From positions 144,600,107 to 144,664,106 of the forward strand of contig NC_085844.1 in the NCBI RefSeq assembly GCF_035594765.1: a stretch of 64,000 nt of DNA. Reading direction: 5' to 3'. This document shows positions 24,053-37,417 of this stretch, in pieces. Every line of letters begins with the position of its first letter. The stretch's first letter is position 1. Both the position numbers and the translations under genes were made by a program. The notes below the pieces were generated by a model, which was not told where the DNA came from, did not search any database, and saw nothing but the letters and a program-made list of their open reading frames with translations. This DNA is from Anolis carolinensis. Taxonomy: Eukaryota.

Positions 24053-24253
24053 ACAGTATGAACCCATATCCAAGGATAATATGTTCACATACTTTGAATG
24101 GATACATGAAACCAGGAATAATAACAGAACCTATTGTTTTCCATAAGAAAAACAATGGAAGCATTGAGAAGAACTTGTACAGGAGGTCCTAAGTGAATGG
24201 AACCATGGATAAGTGAAACCATGTATGTCTATTTGGCAGATATGTAGGCTGTA
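24053..24253. mobile_element. Old Tigger-like MITE
   Basis: TA-CAGTATGAACCCATATCCAAGGA...ACCATGGATAAGTGAAACC...GGCTG-TA. Confidence 0.5.
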
Positions 24254-24884
24254 TTGAATTCATAGCTAGCAGAAGTACTTGTACAGGCTGCAAATCCCAA
24301 AACTCTTGCTCTCTATTTTGGTGTGTTCCTCTTTTCTCTTCATCCAGGGCTGTTCTCTTCTTCCCAAACATAGACACACTTCGGCCTATAGTAAAGTGCT
24401 CTACTTTGCCTTACCCACTGAGGTGCTGTTTGTCACCCCATATCTATTCACCCAAGTGATTCTTCTCTCTCCCCACCATACCGTTCTTTTCTTCCCCTTC
24501 TGTTTTTTTTCATCTATCTTTCCCCAATTATTTTCTTTCTGACTTGTCTTTCTTCCCCTCTTCCAACCTGAGACTCACTCAGATTTGCTTGAAGGATTTG
24601 GTTGCAGAAAACAACAGCTATGCCAAGTATATTATTTCCCCACTGTACCATTATCCCACTCAGAGCTGCCCAGAAACATACCATGCCTCACATCTTCCTC
24701 CTTGATATTTAGAAAGACTGGCAAGTGAGGTCTAGAGATGGTCCTGCATTTGAATTGACTGAGATCTATCCATTTAAAATGGGAAATAACCCAGAAATGC
24801 ACACCTTGAGGATCCACTAAGTATGAATTCTGAGTTTCATGTGTCAATTTCATAATCTTGGACATATGTGTAGACACATATATG

Positions 24885-25433
24885 CTGTATTTACTTGAAT
24901 CTAATGCTCACCTTTTTTTTGACTAAATGACCTTGGCAAAATTGGGGTGCACATTAGATTCACATCATACAGAAATATTACTGCTGAGCCAAAGCGAGAG
25001 GGAAAGGTGCTTCAAGAGCTGCACCTGGAGCTATACTTTGAGGGACATAATCTCTAATTTAATTGCCATGATTCAGTGCTATACAATCCTGGGTTTTGTA
25101 GTTTGGTGAGGCATCAGCACTCTTTGGCAGAGAAGGCTAAAGAGCTTGTACAACTACAGCCCCTAGGATTCCATAGTATTGAACCAAGGCAATTAAAGTG
25201 GGTTCATTCTGCAGCATAATGCATCCCAATTCATTTTTTTCCCCATTGTTGTGAGCTTTTTGTATTTTAACACAATTGTGTATAATGAAGGAATTGTAAG
25301 CAGACAACAACAGTAATTCACACTTTTTTTGGGCCAAATTACATTCAGCAGCAAAGACTTTTTTTGGTTTCAGGATTTTGAAAATTGAGGTGGACATTAG
25401 ATTCAATGGTGCATTAGATTCGAGCAACTACAG
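24885..25433. mobile_element. Tc1/mariner (Tigger-like) non-autonomous element containing a Harbinger-like MITE (about 25052-25215)
   Basis: TIR CTGTATTTACTTGAATCTAATGC / GCATTAGATTCGAGCAACTACAG; internal TTTAATTGCCATGATTCAGTGCTAT..GGTGAGGCATCAGCACTCTTTGGCAGAG. Confidence 0.75.
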
Positions 25434-26640
25434 ATACTTAATTTTTTTATTTTTTTTATTTATATTAAGTTTGTGCATTTCGGGTGAATCGCTATCCATT
25501 TCTGCTTGTCAGATACCAGAAGCCCCCATATCAGTTTTCCAGCACCTCCTGAAAATGGGAGTGCTGACAATTAGGAATTTTTGTTCCGCATCGGCCCATT
25601 GGCGGCAATGGGGAACTTACAAGGCATCCCTTTTCCCCTGGGAGCCTTTCCTTTCTTCCCTTCAAGGGAGCCTCAGTGTCTTCAATGGGGTTAAAAAAGC
25701 ACCATATGCAGCCCATTATTGGGGGGGGGGGAGACTTCCCACATGCTCCATTTCTATATCTTTCATTAAGACATGGATTTTAAAAAGCCTCAGAGTTATC
25801 ACTCTTAAGTTTCTGCATCCTTTTCCTTCTGTTTGTAGAGGAGGAGACAGGGTTTAATGCTTCTTAAAGCTGTTCTACTCTAGAGGGAAGGCGGGCATAC
25901 ATGCTTTCTTCTCTCCCACCACCACCAGCAGCACACCACACAGCTTTCCAAGACATTTTAAGGAGGCCAAGGGAAGGAAGAATGATGATAACCTGGAGCT
26001 CAGTGGAGCTATCCTCCCTGGACTACCTTAAAAATCCCCTCTCTTTCCTGCAAGGCTACAATCTCTTTTCTGCTTGAGGTTTTGTTTCCTTAAAGCTGTT
26101 TCTACTTTCTACTCTAGAGGAGAGGTAGGCTTTTATTTTTGTTTGTTGGAATTACTATTATTAATATTTATTATTATATTTTAGAAGTATTTTCTGAAGG
26201 AGAGGAAGGGAAGAAGAAAAAGAAGCTTAAAGGGTGAAAGCCCCCAAATGCTGAGGGATGCATCCCATCCACTGTCCCTCAAGTCCCCAACTCCCCAGTC
26301 AGTCCCACTAAACAAAAAGAATCAGGAAAATAAAGGAAAATCAAAAAGATTCAACTATGATGCTGAATAAGGGAGGAAGAGCCGAGAACAGCTGCCAGTT
26401 GCTTTTATTGCGAGAGGGTTTTTGTACCAGGAGGGCCCTTACCATTACGGGCTTCCAGAGGTACCAAAGGAAAAGGAATATGTGCATAAGTCTAACTTAT
26501 ATTCTACCTTTTTTCATGACCAAAACTCCACATTATAGAACAAAAGAAGCCTATAACAAACTATCAGCATAGTTGTAGAAGGAAGAACTGCTGCAATATT
26601 TTTTTTTTCCTTTTCAAAAAGAAAATTAGGATAAAATTAA

Positions 26641-26860
26641 TTGTTGTTCAGTCCTTCAAATTGATTCTGACCTATTGAGATCCTAACATGAGCCAATCAA
26701 AGGGCTTTTTTGGCAAGATTTGTTTAGAAGAAATTTGCATTTGCTTTCCTCTGAGGCTGAGAGAGTGTGACATTCCCAGGTCATCCACTGAATTTCATAG
26801 TTAGCCAGAGATTCAAACCTCATTCCCCAGAGTAATAGTCTGACCCTCAAACTAGTACAC
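26641..26860 (-). mobile_element. tRNA-derived SINE (same family as 4205)
   Basis: TTGGCAAGATTTG..CTGAGGCTGAGAGAGTGTGAC..GATTCAAACC. Confidence 0.75.
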
Positions 26861-27658
26861 TGCTAATACAAGTCCATAAATAGCATTTCCGCCATCAGAC
26901 TATTTATATATACCTCTGGGACTATTGTGTGTGTATCTTATAGAATTGCAGAAACATTGTAATTGATGCCGATGAATCACACTGAATACAAACTCCATTA
27001 CTCCCATTATCATAATGAATATAGTTAATGCCACAAGAGATCCTAGATGTTATACTTTCCTGGCAGCTGTAGAGATGACATGTGATGTCATCCCAGCTGA
27101 TCATTTCATTCATTCAACAATTGAGTGGGTCTTGCATTCTCTGGGACATTATTGGCAAATGGCCACCAGTTCTTCAGCTATCAGTTTCCGTGAGAAATGA
27201 TTGCTAATGGAAGTGAAGAAGCAGAAATTCTGTGGTATGGTGTAAAGCACACCAGTCATCCAGAAAATTGGCTTTTTCAACAGAAAGATGGGTAGCATTA
27301 TTCATTTTCTTGGTTTAATGATGGCTGCTTGTGAACACAGATGCTGCATAGATATGCAGAAAATTTCCTTGTATTTTGATTGGACAAAGACATACTCTAC
27401 TGGTAGCCATGTTGGCAGAGCCTGGTGCCTATGTTAGAATGTAGATGCATCTTAAATTGAAGGTGGGATGAAACAGAGAAGATATTTTTGAAAGAAAACA
27501 ATGGTTATGATGTCAAAATGTGTGGAAATGACCCCTTGATATTCTTCATCCCATTTATGGCCAGAGAAGTTCAAGAATTATTTTAGATAATTTCCCCAGG
27601 GAGATTAGCAATTGACCTAAACGTTCTTGTTTTAAGCTTTCTACTACCAGTGCAAGTA

Positions 27659-28240
27659 CAGTGGCCCTTGGTATCCACAGGAGTTTGATTCCAGAATGCC
27701 CTGTGACTATCAAAATCTGTGGATGCTTAAGTCCCATTATGCAGGCAGTCTACGAAATAAGCTCTGTTGGTTTGTTCTTAAGTTGAATTTGTATGTGAGT
27801 CAGAGCAGGTACATGTTTAAGTATAATTCCTGATACACACATTTACTTTGGATAGCATAGGGAAGGGTTAACACCACTGTGGTGGTTCTTTTGCTGTCTG
27901 TGCCCCTGTTCAGAAGATTTCACCTCACTTTCTGTCACTGCAATAATTTGATTTTGTCTTGTGGAAACATGGATTGGTGAGAAAGCTTCAGTGGAAACAC
28001 ATTTTTCCCATAACTCTTTCTGGGGTGAATTTCCCTTCCTAGTGGTAGATTTTTCTCACTTCCTGTTGTCTCACCCCTGTTCTTAACTATGAGTCATTTG
28101 TAAGTCAGATGTTTGTAAATCAGAGACTGCCTGTATACAATTATGTAATAAAATGGCATCCCTTATATAAACTGACAAAGAATACAAACATATATTTTTT
28201 CCTTAATAAATCTGATGGTTGAATCCATGGCTACTGAACT
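27659..28240. mobile_element. Tigger-like MITE (27659-27741 plus 28134-28240) interrupted by a second Tigger-like element
   Basis: TA-CAGTGGCCCTTGGTATCCAC..GGATGCTTAAGTCCCATTA; resumes TACAAT..AAAATGGCATCCCTTATATAA..GGTTGAATCCATGG. Confidence 0.65.
27742..28133. mobile_element. pogo/Tigger-like non-autonomous element (family of 9552)
   Basis: CAGGCAGTC...GACTGCCTG-TA; colinear with 9552-9963. Confidence 0.85.
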
Positions 28241-28310
28241 TGTGGTACCTCATTCAACACACACAATCTTTGGGATTTGTTTTACTATGTTTGCATATTT
28301 CACAAGGTTA

Positions 28311-28618
28311 CTGTTCCATTATCCAGGTGGAGGCCACTGAGGGGTGGGCTAGAGAAAGAAGGATAGTCCATTTTACAGAAGTGGAGGGTTGGTTGATGGA
28401 GGAACCCCCTATTTTCCTGTTATCCCCCCCCACACACACACACACACACATGTCCTTGTCATGGAAACAACCCTCTTTTTTGATATGGAAAGTGGGGAGG
28501 GGGAATAACCGGTGAAAATGGGAGGAATGGTTTTCCTCTTTCAACTCTCCCCCTGTAAAATGGACTATTCTTCTCTCTCTAGTGCCCTCTATTGTCCTCC
28601 ACCCAGAGAATGGAACAG
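28311..28618. mobile_element. Tc1/mariner-type MITE (family of 12244)
   Basis: TA-CTGTTCCATTATCCAGGTGGAGG...CCTCCACCCAGAGAATGGAACAG-TA. Confidence 0.87.
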
Positions 28619-28947
28619 TACCGTCACAAGTAATATTTTGAATAGGAATATTCACAAGTTGAATTGCAATTCACCAAAGCAGGCATGATAGAAAGCAATA
28701 GAACACCAGCTCGCAGAACTGAATCCAGGCTCTTCCAGGCTGATCTAAAGAAGCATGAATTCTCACGTCATGGCTTCAGTTATTATTGCCTCTGCACCTA
28801 CTTGATCAATTTGAGGGCGTCTGTTTGTACAAATTTCATGGAGCTGCACTGAGGTTCTTTCAAAGACTTCCTTCTTTTAAAAAATCCTGGTGCATCCAAG
28901 TGGCAGATCTCATGATTCTCCCAGTGCTGAAGAAATATACACCTAAT

Positions 28948-29149
28948 AGGTGCTTCTATTAATCTAGTTTGACACAACTTCAACTGCCATGGCTCAATCA
29001 TGGGAATTTATGTGAGTTATAGTATGGTGAGGCATCGGCACTTTTAGGAGAGGGGCTAAAGGTGTTGTATAACTATGATCCCTTAATATTGAGCCATGGC
29101 AGTTAAAAATGTTGTCAAACTTCATTAATGCTACAGTCTAAATGTGCCC
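28948..29149. mobile_element. Harbinger-like MITE (family of 5457)
   Basis: GTTTGACACAACTTCAACTGCCATGGCTCAAT / ATTGAGCCATGGCAGTTAAAAATGTTGTCAAAC inverted arms. Confidence 0.75.
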
Positions 29150-32100
29150 TTAAAGGCTTACAAAAATGCTGAACAGATGATGGGAATAGCGAGCTGCATT
29201 TATTTCCATCTAATGTTGAATAGCTGACTTGTGGCATATAGATATATATGCCATAGCAAATATATCTTATAGCATAGTTAGGATCAAGAACATTGGCAGA
29301 AAAGAAAGTGCTACTGAAAGGTATATCCAAACCCTTTGAGGGTGCATTGAACCACCTTCTTATTTAATAAGGCATCATATAATGATGACAGGCATTTGCT
29401 TTGTAGTTGATTCAAGAGCTTCACCTCTTCTCTATTAAGCCTATCCATGCAATTTTCTGGATTTTCCATCAAATTTGCAGAAGATACCTTTAGAAGCATA
29501 TTTGCCTTTCAAACCCTCACAGGCAAAACTTCAATGAGAACTTTAAAAACCTGATCATAGCGGCAGATGAAGCGATGCAGAAAGGCCCTCGAGCAATCTG
29601 CGGGGTTTTCCTGTCAGCAACCTGAGAGAGTGTCAGCACCATCCAAGGGGACTTAAACAAAGCTTTCGTTGAGTTCACATGGGCTCAAACAGAGCAGCTC
29701 CTGCTGTTGGAGGAAAGGTTTACTTAGGATATGTGAATTCCCTTTTCAGATCACGAGAATAAATGTCAGAACCAACTATGTTCCACCCACAGACATTTTC
29801 TTCTGTTTTAATCATTAGGTGCATATAAAACAAAACAAACTGTACTTCCTTCACCAAAAAGAAAAAAAAGATTGAAATTATAACGGGTGTCTAGTTGGCT
29901 TACGCTAAGACCAAAAAATAGATAGGAATATGGTCAACATCTGTTGGAAGTCCATTTTAGATCAGAATCTAATTGATGTATACTGTAAAGACCTAAATGT
30001 GGACCCAAATACAACCTATGCTCTAACGTCCATGTGTTTCAGAGTGTGTTCCTGGATGTCCACATGTTCCTAGATGTCTATGTTTTGAGAGAAAAGAGGC
30101 ACTGAAAGGTGTTCATTTGAAAAATGTGCACTAACAGATTTTGGTCAATAGGAAAAATGTATACATATCGAAAATGCACAAAATTAATATCCACACTTTC
30201 AAGACTCAAATATATATACATGGAGAAGAATTCCTTGTAACAATATGGGCACTAGTCAAAATCAGTTTCACAGGAGAAGCTGGAGATAAATTTGAATTTT
30301 AGATTGTAAGATCCCTACTTAGCAGATTGTACAGCAATTACTTAAAGTCTCTTCTCTTCTTCCCTCCCACTCCTCCTCCCTTCTCATTAATATCTATTAA
30401 ACTAAAACATGTCAGATTATTGCATTGAATATTTGTCCATCCTACCAAGTGACAAATAATAAAATCATTACAACTGAGACAATTTAGTAGATGTTAGAAA
30501 AGATGTGGATTTTATGGTTGTAGACACACAACCCCTATAGCTTTTTGTCTCACCCTTACTTAGAAGTGTGCCACCTTGAAATCAGTTGGATTTCCACAAC
30601 TTCATTAGCTGGAAATGTTATTATTGATGACCTTTTATTGCTTTAGAAGGTTTTTCATTGTAATGAAGTTGATCATGGCCACACAATTCTAAGGGGTTTT
30701 TCAGAAAAGAAAACATAGGCCAGATTTTTGGGCTATGAAACTTGGAGATGACTCATAACTCAATCTCTCCAAAGCTTAAGAAAATGTCATTCACTCATAC
30801 TCTGAGTGCCAACAAAAGTGACTCCCTTCTCCCCATGCAGCTGATGTCTGTTAAACTAGGTTTGAGAGGAAATTATTGTGGGGTTGTAAATGGTAATGTT
30901 CCAAAATACAAAATGTTTTTTCTCCAGTACTGTGACACCAGTTGAAGGCATCCTCTTAATAGCAGTGGATATAATCACACCTTTGGAGTTCGACATAGTG
31001 AGCTTGGTGTTATATTTTCTTACATTAAAAAATGTCAGTTGCAGAAAACAATAAACAGCAGGGAAGATAATATCTCTCAAGCTTGAATACTTGCACAAGG
31101 ACTCCTCTAATAATTGTTTTCTAGGTTCAATATTGAGGTTGTATGAAACAAGCTAACAGATCAATCTCCTAGTGAGGGGTGACATTTGAAAAGTTAAGAC
31201 TATTTTACTGGTACATAATTTATACAATTCTTCTTTTTTGTATGCAGTTCATTGTGAAGCATATGATGCTTTATTGACAGCAAATTATGGCTACCTTTAT
31301 ACTTGTGATCGTTGGTTCTTTGTTGTTTGTTTTCCTAAAGATGATCTGGTATATAAAAAATTGGAATAAAGCGTAATAATATGCCAGGGTTCAGTCGCAG
31401 ATGAAAGTCCTCTCTCTACCCCAAAGGCCTCTGTCCAGGCCTCAAAGGGAAAGAGGAAGAAGCAGGCATAGCTTCATCATGCTTGGACCCAGAAGCAGAT
31501 GAAAGACCCTCTCTCTACTCCAAGTGCTTTTGCTGTGGCCTCAGAGGCAAAGAATAACCAGCAGTTTCTGCTGCACCTAATCCCCTTTCCCACAGCTAAT
31601 CTCTTTTCTTTGTGTAAGCCTAAGGTTGGAAAACTGTCAAAATCATGATTTCTGAGCCAATTTAAGAGTTTTTGTGGGTGAAGAGCAGAGAACAAATACT
31701 ATACTACATAAACATATACATTATGGCTGCCCTTGTGGAATCCAGACATTGTACCATCTAGCAGACAATTTTCAACTCTGACTAGCAATGACTCTGGAGA
31801 TATAAGGTATTGTTTTTCCCTAATAATCTTTTAAAAATTGAATTGTATTGAAACATTGAAATGCATTACAGATAGTGACCATAGGCAGCCACCTCATCTG
31901 CTTAAGTAATATAGCAGTGACTGAAGCTTATTAGTCATATGTGATGAAGAACTTTAACAAAATATAAATGCTGATGCTGTACTATTAGGAATGGCTCAGG
32001 ACATTATGGTCACTGGGATATTCATGAGTCTATCTTGGTGTCTAGCCCAACCCATGCTTCTGTCCACACTCTGGAACTTGTTTTTTCTGTTGGATGGACT

Positions 32101-32234
32101 GCAGATGCTCTGAGAGTAACATTCTATAGTTATAGTGATGGACAGATAACACTGGACAACACACATTTTGGTGCCTCAAATGTTAGATTTGTTTTGGGGT
32201 ATATTTGGCCTGCTCATTCTTAAAATGCTGCCAG

Positions 32235-32453
32235 TTTACCCCTATCGGCGATAGTTCTTGAGATACAGAACATGTTATATACCAGCCTTCATCTGCACAC
32301 CTATAGAAAACCGTAATAACCAAATCTAAAAAAACAAACAAACACTTAAGCTGATGCAGTCTATCCAATGCAATTTTCTGAATCAGCACTCCAAATAACT
32401 CCAGGAACAGGTAAAAAAACAAAGACATCAAGAATTTCCTTTGTTGGGCTGTG
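32235..32453 (+). mobile_element. Terminal fragment of a DNA transposon, possibly Chapaev3-like (CAC..GTG ends)
   Basis: GTCTATCCAATGCAATTTTCTGAATCAGCACTCCAAATAAC..AATTTCCTTTGTTGGGCTGTG-TAA; superfamily call is from recall only. Confidence 0.55.
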
Positions 32454-33837
32454 TAATTATCTGATCAGGCATAGACACACTGGGACTCAGAGTCTTTGCA
32501 AGACTGAAAGATCTATTAAGATGATAGGCCCAGAGACTAGTAGATCCAGATGGGGTATTTTTTATTATTCTTTAGGGTTTTCCTGTTGTCTTGGTAGGTG
32601 AGTCCAACAAAGTTACAGCTAACCTATGGAGAGAGAAAATACCAAGAGCAATAGATATGAACACTGAGTATCAATAAACAGGAGGAGGAGGTACATCTAG
32701 TGCAATGTTCTGTTTTCTCCAATGGACAACTGAAAGCCAAGGATTGAAGACTCTGATTATTTCTCTCCAGAAAATATTTTTTAGGCATAAAGAATAAAAA
32801 ATCATTTATAGTAGGTGCCATATGCCAGATACATTTCCACAAAATTAGCTACATTTAGACCCATTTAAACTGATGACCATCACCACATCTCATGGCAGCA
32901 AAGCCTTTACATTATAGAGTGTTGTGTAAAGAAATACATTCACTTGCTTGTCTTGAATAATTTGCCCATTAAATTTGTTAACTGCTCGTGATTTTAGCAT
33001 GATGAATGTTTGTGTCTCTCTGTGTGTTTCTATGTATGTGTGCAACAGAAAAATATGTTTTTTCTGTAGTTGGAAATTTAGCTTAGGTTGGGGAAAGATG
33101 TGGGACAGCTACAGCACTCAATCCCTGGAAGTCTCTCCCTTTGGAGAACCAACTGGCACCATTTGATTATTATCATTGTCTGATAAAGGAATAGCTTTTT
33201 AGTAATGTTTTTGTGGACTAATTTACTCTTACAACCTCATCAGAAAGCCCAGGTGAAGTGTCCCACTTCACCGGGCTTCTGTGAGGAAAGAGGGAGCAGC
33301 GGGATGAATCTGTCACCAAGTGGGCTGCTCCCTCTCTGCAATGCTTTCCCCATCACAAGGAGAAAGTGTTACCCTCACAAAGAAGTCCCATGATGGCTCC
33401 ATTAGAGTCAGCACAACATGGGAGGCCTCCTGTGTTGGGGTGAAAGCGTCAGGTGATGCTTTCACACAGGTTGGGAGTGGAGCCTATGCTAGAAGTCACA
33501 AAATGTTGTGTGATGTCCGACGTGGGCTTCTGTCCTCCACCCTGTCTGATCAGGTCACAAATTATGTACATGATTTCATAACCATTTAAACTCTTTTAAT
33601 TCTTCTAGACTTTTCAAGCTGTTTTAACTTGTTTGAGCTCTTTAATTTTGTTAAAATTATTTACGGTTTCTAACTTGGATTTTTGAAAAGTGTTTATATT
33701 TTTTATATATTTGCCATCTCAAGATCTGATAGGGAATGGGTGCGAGAAAATTTTTAATATTAAGTAGATTGTAGTGTTCCACAAGCACAGCTCTATGCAG
33801 CTCACTCCTGCATCAGAGAAGTTGCAAAGCTCCAGGA

Positions 33838-33971
33838 CAGTGGTTCTCAACCGGGTTCCCCAGATGTTTTTGACCTTCAACTCCCAGAAATCCTAACAGC
33901 TGATAAACTGGTTGGGATTTCTGGGAGCTGTAAGCCAAAAACATCTGGAGATCCCAGCTTAAGAACCACTG
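33838..33971. mobile_element. hAT MITE
   Basis: CAGTGGTTCTCAACC...AAGAACCACTG; TSD CTCCAGGA / CACCAGGC (6/8). Confidence 0.88.
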
Positions 33972-35897
33972 CACCAGGCGGATGCTGTTTAACAGCCAGA
34001 GGAGAGGGGAGTAGGCAGTGCCAAAGAAGTTAGAGAGTAGTAGTGAGATTGCTCTCCTGGAGGTCTAAAGGAGTGTCATCGTTTCTCTTTCCAGTTCCAA
34101 CTGCGGCCAGTGTGAGAATTGCCTGGTGACTGCCCTCTCCCTCCCATCCAGTAAAGGGAAACCGGAGTATCCCAAGAGCTTGCCCACTGCTTTGGAGGCT
34201 GGACTGAATAACTCCTGGCATAACATCCAGAACAAGGCCTCTACTCATGTTACACTGAATTATGCACACATATAATGTGTGTATAACAGCCGAATTCCAG
34301 CCAGCATTGTCCCTTTCTCTACACTATGAACAATTTTATAAAGCATGCCCCCTAGACTCTAATTTATAAAAGTCCAAACATGTTAATCTTTCATAGTTAG
34401 GGAAAGTGTCCAAACTCCTTTATAATGCTGAGTGAGACTTTCTGTGCCTTTGCCTGATCTTTTTAAAAGAAATGGCAATAAAAATGTATACGCAATGTTT
34501 CAAATGCAGTCATACCATCGGTTTGATAAGGATATTAAGATCCAAGTTTTTGGCCAGCAGCCCAATGACCTGCTTCATACTATGGAAACTTTCATCTAGT
34601 AGCATGCCTACAAATTCCACAAGCGCAATGCTGTAGATTTATTTTTGGCAGAAGAAGTGTATCATCCTTTAGGAAACCAAACTACATCTTCAGTATAACA
34701 ATTTAGATTGTACAAAATGGCAACTGATAGATCCAGAATCCATCTAGCCAAATGCTAGTACATAGACCAATAAAAGTAACATTGCATAGTATCACAATTT
34801 CTTTATTTTGTATACAAGTTTTCAGTGGTTATTATTGCTTCTGTGTCTTACAGAGAGTGTCCTTTTTGCTTGTTCTGAGAATTAAAAGTGAACCCAAGGG
34901 CTGTCAATAGGATCAATAGGCTGCTTAATTGGTCACTACAACATTTACATTGGCTCACTATCGTAAACCTCTTGTTATGTGACCAGAAAACTAAATAAGA
35001 ACTTTGATTCAAAGAGTTCATAGCATGTCTTTGGCTTCTAGACATGATGTTGAATGGCTTTGAAGTGCAATTTCAACATAATATTGCAAGAGAGGGCAAT
35101 TGCCATGCATGCAATTTGAAGAAGATGCTAAAAGGAAGAATGAAACTTCACCAACTGGATGATTAAAAAGAGTGCACTTGTTGTCATCCATACAGTGTGC
35201 CTATCAGGGCTTGTGATCTTAGCAAACTGGGATGTTGGTAACTTGCTCCACCCCCCCCCCACCCCCCATCCCAATGCACCATAAATATGGATAAGAAACT
35301 TTGATCAATTTGGCTTTTTCTTCCATTCAAGGTTTTTAGAACTTAAATAATTTTCTAAAATATTCATAAATTATCTGTTCTCAGCCTGAAGAGGACTGTG
35401 TTGTGTTTGCTTGCTGTGAAAGTGTTAAAAATGAAAGGTTTCTCATGAGGAAAAAATAAAATGTAATTCATATGAACATGTTTGAATAAAGGGATTCAAA
35501 TTTATACAGCTAACGGTTAAGAGCTCTGGACCTGAATAAATGAATAAGTCAGTTTGGGATTGTTTCACAACAAGCTTTTTTTAAAAAAATCTTACAGTCT
35601 TTCTAACTAGTGGAAGTTAACTGAAGAATCACATTGTAGGAGCTAGAAATGTCTAGAGAGAACATATATTATTGGGTGCCTATAGGGCAGCAGTAGAGTT
35701 GGAGACAAATACTGTAATCTGCAAATGAATAATTCCACAAATCTTAATCCACAAATGTTGAGATATTATTGTAAATACAGATTTTTAAAAATCAGCATTT
35801 CCAACAACGGCATTTAGAATAATTTTCAGAAAATATAATCTTATATTTAAATATGATTTGCTGTCTGTTAGCTTATGACTATTTGAAGCATTACATA

Positions 35898-36530
35898 GGT
35901 GTGTTCTGCATATCTGGTGTGTGAGAGTGTTCTATCGCTTAAAATACCCTGCCTGACTTACTGGGCAGCGAGGTTGTGAGACCAAGTGCTCTCTCCCACC
36001 ATACTACAGAAGCTTTTCTTTCCCAGCAAGCTTTGCAATATATTTTGGCACACTAGGAGCTGGCAGCTTGCTCCAGTTGCCTAGTCTGATGGACCAGAGG
36101 GAAAACCCCTTCCCTAAGATCTGCCTGCCAGCTACTTAAACCTTTGCACTGCTCCTCCTGGCCAGTTGCCTTCCACAGGACCTGGATCTAGGTCTGGCTT
36201 GTTCCCTCTCCTTTCAGGAGGCTTTAGAGTGTCTGCAAGGGGTATGCTGGTACAGGTAAACCGGAGCAGCATTGGACAGGAACCTGCACTATCCCCCCTC
36301 TTACTCATTGCCAGTAGCAGCTTTTCCTGAGCCATTCATGTACTTCCAAAGGCTCCCTCCATGGTGTCGTTGGACCAGCAGGTGGGCTGTCCGACACGGC
36401 AATCCAGGATCAATGTATGGCTGCCAACCCTGTTTCAGCTGTAACTAATAAATCTACTTGTGGCTTTTATTTACTCATACTCATGTGTCACTTGTCTTGC
36501 GTGGAGTAGCGGGGTAGTTGCCACTGCACA
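35898..36530 (+). mobile_element. Old solo-LTR-like sequence
   Basis: GC-richer block ending AATAAATCTACTTGTGGCTTTTATTT..TGTGTCACTTGTCTTG..GCCACTGCACA; left boundary and TSD unclear. Confidence 0.4.
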
Positions 36531-37099
36531 CACAATGATGATGATTTTGGCATTGAAGAAAGCTTTCTTCAAAGGCACTGGTGTGTGTATATGTGTGTGT
36601 CTGCATGCATGTGTGCATTACCCTCTTCATTGATTTGATTTCTCTAGTGAAAAATCCCTCCCAGGCCTGGCCTTACCATTAGGCCAGTGAACCAGCTATC
36701 TAAGGAGGCAGATTCTGAGAGCAGAAGTGCCATCCCACAGCCATTACTCTTGAACACCTCTCTTAAAAAGTCTACTCCCTTCAGATGTTAGAAGGTTCAT
36801 GAGTTGTCTTATCACCAGACTAGAAGAAAGTTGTCAGTCTAGTTGCCTTTTTCACACAGACTGGAGGGTTGTCAACTACTGCCCATTGTGAGAGATGCTT
36901 GGACTCTAAAGTTGGCAGTGTGCTTGACAATGCCACTTCTCTGCTGTCACATACACAATCTCCCAATGGCTATGGTCTGAAATGGAGAAATTCTCCTTGG
37001 GTGCAAGCAATTTGTCTGGAGAGCTTGTCTGACATTTCTTGTGGATTATCAGTGATCTCAATGACTCAATTTGAAAACTTTGGGAACCTTTTCAAACTA

Positions 37100-37417
37100 C
37101 AGTATAGTCTCACTTATCCAAGCTTTGCTTATCCAACATTCTGTATTATCCAACACAGTTTGCCATTTAGTAGTCAATGTTTTTGTAGTCAGATTTTCAA
37201 TACATTGCGAAGTTTTGGTGCTAAATTCATAAATACAGTAATTATTACATAACGTTATCATGTATTGAACTGCTTTTTCTGTTGTAAAACATAATATTTT
37301 GGTGCTTAATTTGTAAAATCATAATGTAATTTAACATTTAATAGGCTTTTCCTTAATCCCTCACTATTATCCAACATTCTGCAGGCCCATTTATGTTGGA
37401 TAAGTGAGACTCTACTG
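37100..37417. mobile_element. Tc1/mariner-type MITE, complete
   Basis: TA-CAGTATAGTCTCACTTATCCAA...TTGGATAAGTGAGACTCTACTG-TA; same family as the mariner piece in the composite elements. Confidence 0.92.

Noticed and set aside
25378-25857. Longest ORF in the track (159 aa)
   Set aside because: It starts inside a transposon TIR with a non-ATG codon, crosses low-complexity DNA and has no recognisable domain
31720-31830. Very old SINE-like fragments (also about 32460, 42330, 48690 and 51400)
   Set aside because: The similarity is too faint to set boundaries or a family by eye
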